From IMG/VR virus record IMGVR_UViG_3300038316_000268, positions 1 to 33,401 of that record: a DNA stretch of 33,401 nt, one strand, 5' to 3'. Shown piece by piece: positions 9,651 to 17,503 of this stretch. The DNA is from a virus. Lineage: Duplodnaviria; Caudoviricetes. The notes beneath the pieces were generated by a model. The model ran no database searches, had not been told where the DNA came from, and saw only the letters and a program-made list of their open reading frames with translations. Both the position numbers and the translations under genes were made by a program. Position 1 is the first letter of the stretch. Each line of letters starts with the position of its first letter.

Positions 9651-10805
9651 TTATTCCTGATTATCATTCCATTGACCACTATCCATCCATACTCCACCGT
9701 CATTCCACACGCCTCTCGAAAGGATCCACTCCATAAATCGCATATAATCCCATGTATCATTTTCTTCGGCAAACCGAAAGGTAAATTTTAGCGATGTATT
9801 TATACCGTGAATGCGGTTAATACTGTTCTTAGCTTCGGTAACAAAAATCTTTCGCGGCGTGCCGTTCACATACAGGTACACATCAGAACTCATAAACATA
9901 TCGCGCCAGATATCGTATTCATCCCGAAGGAATATTTTCCCGCTGCTTGCCTCAAATGTTTCATTTTCCTTTTGATTCCATTTGCGTGAAATGCGGTTTA
10001 CTTTTCCTTCATCGAAACTGGGATCGATATGGCGAACAATTTCACCCCGTATCTGCAACGTTTCTGCCGCGCCGAAAGCGTTCATAAAAACAAGCTGTTG
10101 CAACGTTAGGTAGTTGCTCCGATCAATCATGTATTCCACGTTTTGCGTATCGGTTCCCACCCGGTAAAAAAGACAATCATCTGCCGGAATATCCGGAAAA
10201 AACGTTTTTATCCTGGTAAACGAAGCATCGAAAGTATAAAAACCAGTAACACCGGAAATAAGCGTAACATAATCAGTACTTGCCACAGATTCTCCCGAAC
10301 GGTAATACATTTTTACTCCCACGGTTTTAGTTGCATCCACGAAATACCGGGTAAGAAACTCGTTGGCGCCAACCGTGGTAACTTTCTTCAGGTACTGCGT
10401 ATTCAGATAAAGATTTCCTTTAAATTCTTCTGCCGGTATATCGGACTTAATCCTGCAATAAATAATTTCGCTTGTTTTCTCTTCACCATTCACAGTAAAG
10501 GTAAAGACATCGCTCAGCTGGTTGTTTTGTCCCTGAATGATCAAGTTTATATTTTTTCGCTGCAAATACATCGACAAAATCTCGCGTAAACCTTTAATAT
10601 CTGCATGCCAAAACTCATTAGTTACATAATGCTCCTGCAGGATGATTCCCGATTCTGTCGTGCTCACGGAAAAATCAACTGATCCGCTTATATCCACAAC
10701 AGATAAATCTGGAAACATGCTGCTTAAACTTACAGTTGGAAGCCCCTGCAACCACGGCCTGAATTTATAAATAGGATCAATTATATTTGGAGGTATTACT
10801 GGCAT
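9651..10805 (-). CDS. Putative tail structural protein (384 aa)
   Basis: Beta-rich ORF with FMNAFGAAE motif and a Trp-repeat C-terminus, in the morphogenesis operon. Confidence 0.55.
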   Translation of the reverse strand: MPVIPPNIIDPIYKFRPWLQGLPTVSLSSMFPDLSVVDISGSVDFSVSTTESGIILQEHYVTNEFWHADIKGLREILSMYLQRKNINLIIQGQNNQLSDVFTFTVNGEEKTSEIIYCRIKSDIPAEEFKGNLYLNTQYLKKVTTVGANEFLTRYFVDATKTVGVKMYYRSGESVASTDYVTLISGVTGFYTFDASFTRIKTFFPDIPADDCLFYRVGTDTQNVEYMIDRSNYLTLQQLVFMNAFGAAETLQIRGEIVRHIDPSFDEGKVNRISRKWNQKENETFEASSGKIFLRDEYDIWRDMFMSSDVYLYVNGTPRKIFVTEAKNSINRIHGINTSLKFTFRFAEENDTWDYMRFMEWILSRGVWNDGGVWMDSGQWNDNQE

Positions 10806-10832
10806 CTCTATTATTTTTTAGTAGATATCTGT

Positions 10833-11798
10833 TTAAACTTTCATGTACTTATTTGCCGGATCATTATTAGGCAGTAAAGGGAAAAGAACATTCCCTGCCG
10901 ATCGCTCGTTTTTAAATTCGGCAACAGCTGCAAGTCCCTGTTTTTCTAGGTCACGTGCAAAAGCAAATATTTCTTCCATGGTTGCCGGGTTTGATGCGTT
11001 CATCGTTTGTCGATCGGCCTTGTAATTTCTTACAACCCCAAACGGAATAAGCCCCAACGGCATTCGCCTCAGTGCAATGCTCATGGTAAGCAGCGGAATA
11101 GCTGGAAGGATCCATTCTTTCAGCTCAATTTCATCTTCAGTCAATTCCGGTTCGGTTACTTTCCCGATATACTTTTCATATAATTCTTTCCCCATTGCCG
11201 GGCGAATGTATTTGCGTTCCACTTCCCTCACAAAGGGAGAAATCATCACAAAAAAACGGCTACTTCGCTCAATGGGATAATACCGGTCAAAAACGGCTGC
11301 ATTATTTATCAGTTGTTTAGCCATTTCCTTTTTGGTATCCGTATTTATCCATTCCGCTATTTCATTGGCATCCATCCAGTCGATAAGCCGGTCAATACTC
11401 CGATAATAGTTTTCAAGCTGCACTTCATCATCGCGTTCAAGCTGCCATTGCCAGGGAAGTTTTTCGCTTTCGGGATCTATCTTGAATTTGCGTCCGCTGC
11501 CTTCATGGCTCAGATCGTTTTTCCGGTACATCATAAATGTGGCATAAATAGCAATGGGAAGTTGAATGCGGATCAACAATTCTTCTTCCACTTCTATTTG
11601 TTGTTCTGTAAGGCCCTCATTTTTGTTTTTGTAATACGATTCAGCTCGTCCATATACACCAGGTCCGATAATCTTTACCAGCTCTTCTTCGCTCAGGATT
11701 ATGTCTTGTTCCACCTTGGTAAAATCGTTATTGGCATAATAATTTCCTGTAAGCTTTCGTAATTCTTCGTTACCTCTGTTGTCTTTGTTGAATAGCAT
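10833..11798 (-). CDS. DUF6712-like protein, probable head-tail adaptor (321 aa)
   Basis: Directly follows the portal. Helical, with two similar halves (ELVKIIG..VY / YIRPAMG.ELY). Family name is from recall. Confidence 0.6.
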   Translation of the reverse strand: MLFNKDNRGNEELRKLTGNYYANNDFTKVEQDIILSEEELVKIIGPGVYGRAESYYKNKNEGLTEQQIEVEEELLIRIQLPIAIYATFMMYRKNDLSHEGSGRKFKIDPESEKLPWQWQLERDDEVQLENYYRSIDRLIDWMDANEIAEWINTDTKKEMAKQLINNAAVFDRYYPIERSSRFFVMISPFVREVERKYIRPAMGKELYEKYIGKVTEPELTEDEIELKEWILPAIPLLTMSIALRRMPLGLIPFGVVRNYKADRQTMNASNPATMEEIFAFARDLEKQGLAAVAEFKNERSAGNVLFPLLPNNDPANKYMKV

Positions 11799-11809
11799 AG
11801 TTATAAGTT

Positions 11810-13165
11810 TTAAATGTTATTCGTCATGCGGTTACCGGCACTCACGTTATTTTCCTTGTTTACTGCCTGGCGATAAAGGCCCATGGCTAATTTTTTATTA
11901 GGAAAATTAAGTTGTAAAGCCCTGTTTATCGGTTCAAAAACAATATCTTCAGCTATTTGCGTATCTGCCGCGTAAAATATTTTCAGTGCATAAATCATTT
12001 GGCTGCCGCTATCACCTTTCCCGTCAATAATAATATTCGATAACGCCGGGTTCAGCCCAAATCCAGAGGTAGTAGAACTGTCCGCCAATCTTGAAATCTT
12101 TGTTTGTGCATCCACAAATTTGTCGATGTTCATTTCAATGGGTTCAATCTTCCACTCACAGCGCTCTCCACTTTCCGGATCCGTGAAATCAATGCTTTCA
12201 AAGAATTTACCCGTGTTCTTTTTCCCACTCAATACTTTGGCGATAGTTTCAGTTAACTCATCACGTAATTTTCCTAATTGAACGGCTATAAAAGCTTCAT
12301 CCGCTTCAGGATTCATTTGAATAAGGATATTACGTTTTTCTTCCCAATATTCGGCAGGTTCATGAACGTGATAAGCAGCAGCAATCATGTTTTCAGTAAG
12401 GTATGCAATAATATCAGGCAAATCATTAGCCCGCTTAACCCACGGGATAGTCCCCAAAAATGACGGCACGCTATACATGCGGTGGGCAAAACTTCGTAAT
12501 GAGTGGTAATCGATAGAAACGCCGTGTTTACCTGGATTCGTCAGATCATAACGGGGATATTTGTACGCATCGCGCGGTTGGTTAGCTTCAAAATCGGCCA
12601 TAACTATATTCACCACATCTTCCAGGCTTTTAAACTTTCCCGGATATTCAAGTCGACAATCCGTGTTATGCAGGCAAACCATTCGCTTAACAACGGGGTG
12701 TTGGCCCAAACGGCGGCCTTTTTCAAGAATATATTTCACGAAAAAACCACTCATGTGGTTGTATTCAATAAGCGATTCACGAACAAAACGCCGATAATCC
12801 CATGTATCAAGCCATGCCTGTATTTCCGCATCTTCCGTCCACTCCTTTGTAATTTCGTTATTTTCCAGCTTTAACTGGTACAAATATGGCCCTTGCCCGT
12901 ACTGCAGACCTGTTTTTCGTTGCAGAATGCCTGGGCCAAGATTGTTTTTTTCCAGTAAGTCCCGGATTTGAACCGGTAAATTATTATCGAAACCGAAAGG
13001 AATAATTTTCACGTCACCCAACACAATTGGATCTCGCTCCCAATCACCTGCCAGTTTTGCCATTTCCGGGTAAAATATGTCGCTGTCAAGTCCTGTAAGT
13101 GCATATGTTCCGGCGTTTACCTTTGCAAAACTCACTCCGCTGAAATGCTTTATTTTGTCACTCAT
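11810..13165 (-). CDS. Portal protein (451 aa)
   Basis: IIPFGFDNNLP N-terminal motif, YSVPSFLG, LSGKKNTGK, GFGLNPALSNI. Size and context fit a Bacteroidota phage portal. Confidence 0.8.
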   Translation of the reverse strand: MSDKIKHFSGVSFAKVNAGTYALTGLDSDIFYPEMAKLAGDWERDPIVLGDVKIIPFGFDNNLPVQIRDLLEKNNLGPGILQRKTGLQYGQGPYLYQLKLENNEITKEWTEDAEIQAWLDTWDYRRFVRESLIEYNHMSGFFVKYILEKGRRLGQHPVVKRMVCLHNTDCRLEYPGKFKSLEDVVNIVMADFEANQPRDAYKYPRYDLTNPGKHGVSIDYHSLRSFAHRMYSVPSFLGTIPWVKRANDLPDIIAYLTENMIAAAYHVHEPAEYWEEKRNILIQMNPEADEAFIAVQLGKLRDELTETIAKVLSGKKNTGKFFESIDFTDPESGERCEWKIEPIEMNIDKFVDAQTKISRLADSSTTSGFGLNPALSNIIIDGKGDSGSQMIYALKIFYAADTQIAEDIVFEPINRALQLNFPNKKLAMGLYRQAVNKENNVSAGNRMTNNI

Positions 13166-13193
13166 ATTGTTAATAATTAGTCAGTGGTAATTG

Positions 13194-13466
13194 TTAATTC
13201 AATTCTAATTTCTCGCCTTCAAATTCCATCAAAAGAGGTTGATAGCACTGTTTTGTCTCGTTCGTGTCCAAATCAACAAATTGAAGCATGTAATCCTTGT
13301 ACACGTGTTTGTTGTCAGGATCCTGGGGCGCAAGCCTTGCTTTGCGCACTTCGCTTATCCCGTGACTTGTACCACGCATTGTGCTGAAAGTCATAAAAGA
13401 AAACGAAAAGCTTTTCCCATCCTTGCTTCGTTTTCTCATTTCGGCAATAGCATCATAAACATCCAT
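13194..13466 (-). CDS. Conserved phage hypothetical protein upstream of portal (90 aa)
   Basis: ATG at 13466 (MDVYDAIAEM) is preferred over TTG at 13481, which lies inside the predicted -7 box. Confidence 0.75.
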   Translation of the reverse strand: MDVYDAIAEMRKRSKDGKSFSFSFMTFSTMRGTSHGISEVRKARLAPQDPDNKHVYKDYMLQFVDLDTNETKQCYQPLLMEFEGEKLELN

Positions 13467-13478
13467 ATTTTTTTTATT

Positions 13479-13514
13479 CAAAAATACCCGCTTACGTTTT
13501 CAGAAAAAAGGACA
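13479..13514 (-). promoter_or_regulatory. Putative late promoter for portal/tail operon
   Basis: Minus strand TGTCC-N23-TATTTTTG. Confidence 0.75.
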
Positions 13515-13517
13515 AAC

Positions 13518-13537
13518 AAAAAAAGCCCTGATAGGGC
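13518..13537 (-). terminator. Short intrinsic terminator just upstream of late promoter
   Basis: GCCCT-3 nt-AGGGC followed by T7 on the minus strand. Confidence 0.5.
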
Positions 13538-13548
13538 GTAGTTTTCAT

Positions 13549-13580
13549 AAAAAAACGGTATGATGCAAATCATACCGTTT
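13549..13580 (-). terminator. Intrinsic terminator closing the accessory island
   Basis: Perfect 12-bp stem AAACGGTATGAT-GCAA-ATCATACCGTTT with a T-run on the minus strand. Confidence 0.75.
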
Positions 13581-13638
13581 GATATAAGTTGAATTTTAAA
13601 TAAATATCTCTCTTCAAGAAGAAAGTAATTACATTACA

Positions 13639-13968
13639 TTACATTACTTTCTTTTTCAATTTTTTCAATTCATGTATTCGATAATAAACAAATGCTGGGT
13701 GAACATCATTTTTTTTATTTTTTAATGAGATCAGCAAGTTTTGATTTTTCTTCACTTTCTTTCCATGATATGCATTTTGAATATCGCAATAGAAAACAAG
13801 ATTCTTGCAAAACGTCAATTGCATTTCACCTTTATATTTACTCCAAAGATTATCCAGCATCGCAACATGATAATTCACCGTATCAACAATCATGTATTTC
13901 TGTTCAATCAGCAGATCAATATTCTCAACTGTCTTTTGAGCAACTGTCTTTTCCTGTTCCGTAATCAT
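13639..13968 (-). CDS. Hypothetical basic protein (109 aa), moron-like
   Basis: AT-rich ORF with its own -7 box and a downstream terminator. Confidence 0.65.
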   Translation of the reverse strand: MITEQEKTVAQKTVENIDLLIEQKYMIVDTVNYHVAMLDNLWSKYKGEMQLTFCKNLVFYCDIQNAYHGKKVKKNQNLLISLKNKKNDVHPAFVYYRIHELKKLKKKVM

Positions 13969-13984
13969 AATTTATTGCTTTTAG

Positions 13985-13992
13985 CAAAGTTA
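13985..13992 (-). promoter_or_regulatory. Bacteroidota -7 promoter box
   Basis: TAACTTTG on the minus strand, 17 nt upstream of the ATG at 13968. Confidence 0.6.
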
Positions 13993-14030
13993 GTAATTAT
14001 TTATAAAAAGCTGGAAAAACCATCTTTTTA

Positions 14031-14246
14031 TCATCCATTCATCACAATCACGTGTCGGTTAATATAATCCTCTTCCGATATCTCTTCATCAATCATTGCT
14101 TCTGCATCTTCCGCGTTGTAATGGTACGACTTCCCCAAATCCCTGATCATTTCCGGCTGAATTCCTACCGTGTCGTCCAACTCAAGCGCCACTTGCAATG
14201 CCTTTTTCAGCGATGGCGCATCAATGAGGTAAAGCATCGTTATCAT
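14031..14246 (-). CDS. Hypothetical acidic protein (71 aa)
   Basis: ATGA overlap with the upstream gene. Last gene of a four-gene coupled operon. Confidence 0.65.
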   Translation of the reverse strand: MITMLYLIDAPSLKKALQVALELDDTVGIQPEMIRDLGKSYHYNAEDAEAMIDEEISEEDYINRHVIVMNG

Positions 14247-14530
14247 TGCTTTCCTCCTTTCTTCGGAATAGTTATTTCACACTCACTCATTCTTGTAAAT
14301 TGATCTTTTATGTTGTATAACAGTGTTTTCGATACAAAGCAGTTAATATCTTTGTTGTCTTCTTCATCGTAAAGAATAAGCATTCTGATAGCATCTTCAA
14401 TAGTCAAAGCAATTTGAATATAACTGTCATCAAACAAATCTTTCAATTTAAAAATGGGCTCAATATTTTCCAATTTTCCTGAATAAGGATTGACTACCAT
14501 GATTGGATCGTAGAACTCTTTTGCTTTCAT
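14243..14530 (-). CDS. Hypothetical protein (95 aa)
   Basis: ATGA overlaps on both sides. Confidence 0.7.
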   Translation of the reverse strand: MKAKEFYDPIMVVNPYSGKLENIEPIFKLKDLFDDSYIQIALTIEDAIRMLILYDEEDNKDINCFVSKTLLYNIKDQFTRMSECEITIPKKGGKQ

Positions 14531-14763
14531 ACCGCACTCCTTTCCCCGGGAACTGTTGGCAATTCACCCATTTCTACTTTTGCAATAATACCGTTTCCCC
14601 AAAAAGTAAGGTAAACCCGTTCATTCACCGTTTGCATCTCGCAACTCACGTCCTGTCCTTCAAACAACAAGGAAAAGGCATTACCCATTGTTTCTGCCAC
14701 ATAGCCGCAACTCTTCACTGTGCGCCGTGGTACTTCAAAATTTAAAGCTTTTTTCATACTCAT
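14527..14763 (-). CDS. Hypothetical protein (78 aa)
   Basis: ATGA overlaps on both sides. Confidence 0.65.
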   Translation of the reverse strand: MSMKKALNFEVPRRTVKSCGYVAETMGNAFSLLFEGQDVSCEMQTVNERVYLTFWGNGIIAKVEMGELPTVPGERSAV

Positions 14764-14945
14764 ATTCTTTTACATATTTTTTCCAATAATTCTCGTTCTT
14801 CATTCGACAGCATCATCACAAAATCATCGTTGCTGTACCAGTTCCCGTCTTCATCTTTTCTATCGGGTGTGAAACACCTGTCGTTTACTGTATTCACGAT
14901 ATCGCTGATGAGCGATAATTCGGCATGTGATAAATTGATCTGCAT
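14760..14945 (-). CDS. Hypothetical protein (61 aa, MQINLSHAEL...)
   Basis: ATG at 14945 follows an A-rich leader and lies downstream of the -7 box at 14977-14984. The longer TTG start would run through the promoter/operator region. Confidence 0.65.
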   Translation of the reverse strand: MQINLSHAELSLISDIVNTVNDRCFTPDRKDEDGNWYSNDDFVMMLSNEERELLEKICKRI

Positions 14946-14976
14946 AATTTTTTCCTTTAATTGTAAGTTTATGATA

Positions 14977-15087
14977 CAAATGTAACATATAGTATCACAA
15001 AACAATATCAATACGTGATATTTAACATTACTTTAACCTTTATTAAGTGATATTTAATGTTACATATATGCTGATTTAGTAACTTTG
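14977..15087. promoter_or_regulatory. Divergent promoter pair with three 17-bp operators
   Basis: -7 boxes TACATTTG (minus, 14977-14984) and TAACTTTG (plus, 15080-15087). Operators GTGATA-N5-YRTTAC at 14982-14998 (inverted), 15015-15031 and 15047-15063. Confidence 0.75.
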
Positions 15088-15106
15088 TCAAAAGAAAAAA
15101 ATAATT

Positions 15107-15382
15107 ATGTTGATTATAAAAGATATAATAAAGCAAAAAGGCTATACCATTGAAGACATAGCAAATAAAATGGAAATAAAAAGAGAAAGTCTTTCAAGAG
15201 CAATCAACGGCAATCCAACTCTCGAAACGCTCAAAAAAATAGCCGATGCGTTGGAGGTTTCCGTCCCGGAACTGTTTGCACCGGAAAACTCAACAGATTT
15301 CACGGCTTTTATTGATAACAAAGGCGAGCTGAAGCGTTTTAATTCGATAGAAGATTTAAAAAAATATTTAGAAACATCATAA
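15107..15382 (+). CDS. XRE-family HTH transcriptional regulator (91 aa)
   Basis: IKDIIKQKGYTIEDIANKMEIKRESLSRAINGNPTLETLKKIADALEVSVPELF is a canonical Cro/C1 HTH. It is the only convincing plus-strand gene. Confidence 0.93.
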   Translation: MLIIKDIIKQKGYTIEDIANKMEIKRESLSRAINGNPTLETLKKIADALEVSVPELFAPENSTDFTAFIDNKGELKRFNSIEDLKKYLETS

Positions 15383-15414
15383 CAAAACCCCGAATCACTT
15401 CGGGGTTTTGTTTT
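15381..15414. terminator. Bidirectional intrinsic terminator
   Basis: Perfect 14-bp stem AACAAAACCCCGAA-TCAC-TTCGGGGTTTTGTT between convergent genes. Confidence 0.9.
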
Positions 15415-15949
15415 ATTTATCAAAAAAATAAGCTTTTATAGTTACCTCAGTTACATCATCAAATTTTATAGAATCAAATTCAGTAAACGACAATAATACA
15501 ATTGCCTTATATTTATATTTTTGCAAATAAGGAAGTATTTCGTATGCAACATCATCCGGCACAAAACCGATGTGATATTTTTCGGCAATAATCTTTATGG
15601 CATAATCACTGTGTCGGTTATTTTTATCATGTTTCAATTTCACCTCTTTACCACCATATAAATATTTTGCTTCTTGTTGAGCCTCATACGTTCTATAAAA
15701 TATACCTGCAACATCAAATTCAAAAGAAGTAGAATTACTGTATTCAGCATCAAATTCATTTCGTGTTTCGGTCAGTTCATTGTATGCTTTTTTTCTTCTG
15801 TCAGCTTTCTCCTGCATCAGCTTTGCATACGCCTCTTCTTGTAATTTAGATTCTTCTTCTTTTTTCTTTTCTAGTTTTTTTGTCGAATTTCCTGAAAAAA
15901 TAATGGCAATTACCATTAATAAAAGAATAGTTACAATTATCCAAATCAT
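15413..15949 (-). CDS. Membrane-anchored HIRAN-domain protein (178 aa)
   Basis: N-terminal TM (MIWIIVTILLLMVIAIIFSG), coiled-coil linker and HIRAN signature FDVAGIFYR...VKLKHDKNNRHSDYAIKI...IGFVP. Start moved to ATG at 15949. Confidence 0.8.
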   Translation of the reverse strand: MIWIIVTILLLMVIAIIFSGNSTKKLEKKKEEESKLQEEAYAKLMQEKADRRKKAYNELTETRNEFDAEYSNSTSFEFDVAGIFYRTYEAQQEAKYLYGGKEVKLKHDKNNRHSDYAIKIIAEKYHIGFVPDDVAYEILPYLQKYKYKAIVLLSFTEFDSIKFDDVTEVTIKAYFFDK

Positions 15950-15959
15950 GATATCAATA

Positions 15960-16343
15960 TTATGGTTCAACCAACTTTGTGTTTTTTTTAATTTTAAGCA
16001 ACCAGTGATAAACATTCTCATTTCCTTCCGTTATAACAAAGGCTTGAACAAACTCCCAACCCAGAGATCCCATAAAGTTCATGGCATCTACCATCGAGTT
16101 GAAAGAAACTGCCTTACCGTTTTCATCCTTAAGCAAACGATTATTCTTCCAAAAACTGTTAGCTTGTCCAAAATCAATTTCAACAATAATTTTTGTACTT
16201 AGAAATTTTCTGGTGCCAAGTAGTTCACAATACGTATATTCTACTTGTTCAATTTGCTCAGAAGTTTGAGGTACTTGATTTTCTTGAGCTATTACTCCAG
16301 AAAACAACAATAAACCGATTACAATAGATAAAATTTTTCTCAT
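15960..16343 (-). CDS. Secreted/periplasmic hypothetical protein (127 aa)
   Basis: Signal peptide MRKILSIVIGLLLFSGVIA-Q (Gln at +1, typical of Bacteroidota). Motifs IDFGQ and FNSMVDAMNFMGSLGWEFVQ. Start is at 16343 or 16349. Confidence 0.8.
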   Translation of the reverse strand: MRKILSIVIGLLLFSGVIAQENQVPQTSEQIEQVEYTYCELLGTRKFLSTKIIVEIDFGQANSFWKNNRLLKDENGKAVSFNSMVDAMNFMGSLGWEFVQAFVITEGNENVYHWLLKIKKNTKLVEP

Positions 16344-16443
16344 GATCATAAAATTTAAAATTGTGAATAAATGTGACTGCAATATATAAAAATAAAATAG
16401 AAGAACACCTTTTTGCCCCAGTATAATCAAAATGGTGTTCAAT

Positions 16444-16469
16444 AAAAACCGCCCCGTTTTTCGGGGCGG
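16444..16469 (-). terminator. Intrinsic terminator after hicB
   Basis: CCGCCCCG-5 nt-CGGGGCGG followed by TTTTTATT on the minus strand. Confidence 0.85.
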
Positions 16470-16508
16470 CATGCAGTAGATTGCAAGAAAAAGGTGTTGA
16501 ATCAGTTC

Positions 16509-16904
16509 TTAAAGCTCTACTGCCAATAATTCGCGTCCTAACTGGTGTAATCCCTGCTCAATCTTTTTGCGTTGCGCCGGTCGCGGTTTCTTCAGTCCCG
16601 TAGAGTATTGGTGTATCAACTTTTGATTTATTCCGGTAATCCGTTCGATGGCAGGATTGGATAATATGCCTTTATAATATTGCAAAAGGCTTTCCGCATC
16701 AAACTTATACACTAACTCATAATCACCTTTCAATGCGGCTGGTATTTGAGAATCATCAAATGTTTTAATAGTTTCTATAGCATCCAATATGGATTGTTTA
16801 CACTCCTGAACAGTGTCTCCAGCGCCGTAAATTCCTTTTACATTTTGGGCGTATGCACCAAAAGAATCTGAACTTTTTTCAATTATGATTTGTATTGTCT
16901 TCAT
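16509..16904 (-). CDS. hicB: HicB-family antitoxin with C-terminal HTH
   Basis: IQIIIEKSSDSFGAY...GAGDTVQECKQSILDAI partial RNase H fold and a C-terminal HTH (ITGINQKLIHQYSTGLKKPR). Directly follows hicA. Confidence 0.9.
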   Translation of the reverse strand: MKTIQIIIEKSSDSFGAYAQNVKGIYGAGDTVQECKQSILDAIETIKTFDDSQIPAALKGDYELVYKFDAESLLQYYKGILSNPAIERITGINQKLIHQYSTGLKKPRPAQRKKIEQGLHQLGRELLAVEL

Positions 16905-16929
16905 TTTATTATTTTGTTGTGGAAATAGG

Positions 16930-17109
16930 TTATATCCCCATTTCCTTTTTTAAACTTCTCTCTAAGCCTTTCGGTATCTCTTTTGTCCCATGATTGGGAA
17001 TAGATACCGTCTGTCCGTTTTTCTCCCAAATCTCATGGCTTCCTTTTCCCCGTCTGAGAAACCGCCATCCGTTTTTTCTTGCCTGCTTTAAAAAGTCGCT
17101 ATACTTCAT
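16930..17109 (-). CDS. hicA: HicA-family mRNA interferase toxin (59 aa; below ORF-track cutoff)
   Basis: Hand translation MKYSDFLKQARKNGWRFLRRGKGSHEIWEKNGQTVSIPNHGTKEIPKGLERSLKKEMGI shows the GW, GSH, PxH and GL hallmarks. Confidence 0.93.
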   Translation of the reverse strand: MKYSDFLKQARKNGWRFLRRGKGSHEIWEKNGQTVSIPNHGTKEIPKGLERSLKKEMGI

Positions 17110-17138
17110 TTTGTATATTCTTTACTGATTCAACAGTA

Positions 17139-17170
17139 CAAAGGTATATAAATATATACTGAATAGCAAA
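17139..17170 (-). promoter_or_regulatory. hicAB promoter with palindromic operator
   Basis: TTTG (17167-17170)-N20-TACCTTTG (17139-17146) is the canonical Bacteroidota -33/-7 promoter. Palindrome GTATATA-AA-TATATAC at 17144-17159. Confidence 0.8.
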
Positions 17171-17503
17171 GAAAATAAGAAATATTTTTATGTTATAAGC
17201 ATGAAAAAACCATAATAATTGACGATTTTATGAATGGAATAGCCGATTCTCGACCAATTTTTCACGTATTTTTTTTACAACATTTTGATATACAACAGAA
17301 AAACATGTAAAAACAGTGTTTTACTATGTTTTTACACGAAAGAGAGACCGCCCCGCTCTGCCCTTTACTTGCAATTACGACACTCCAAATGTCTGGGAAA
17401 TGTGATTTTATGTTAATTAATGCATAGAAATTAACATATTGGTAGATGAGAGAAAAGTTCCCACCTGGCACGCATCTTTTGTATAGGAAATCCTACCTAC
17501 AAA

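Noticed and set aside
9193-9660. Programmed frameshift tail chaperone upstream of tape measure
   Set aside because: The upstream gene is ATGA-coupled directly to the tape measure gene, leaving no room for a G/GT-type extension ORF.
13628-13647. (ATTAC)x4 microsatellite at the end of the 109-aa gene as a phase-variation switch
   Set aside because: The stop codon falls within the first two units on the coding strand, so most copy-number changes would not alter the protein.
17262-17471. 69-aa minus-strand ORF after terL
   Set aside because: Non-ATG start, atypical Cys-rich composition and overlap with the repeat/GC-island region. More likely non-coding.
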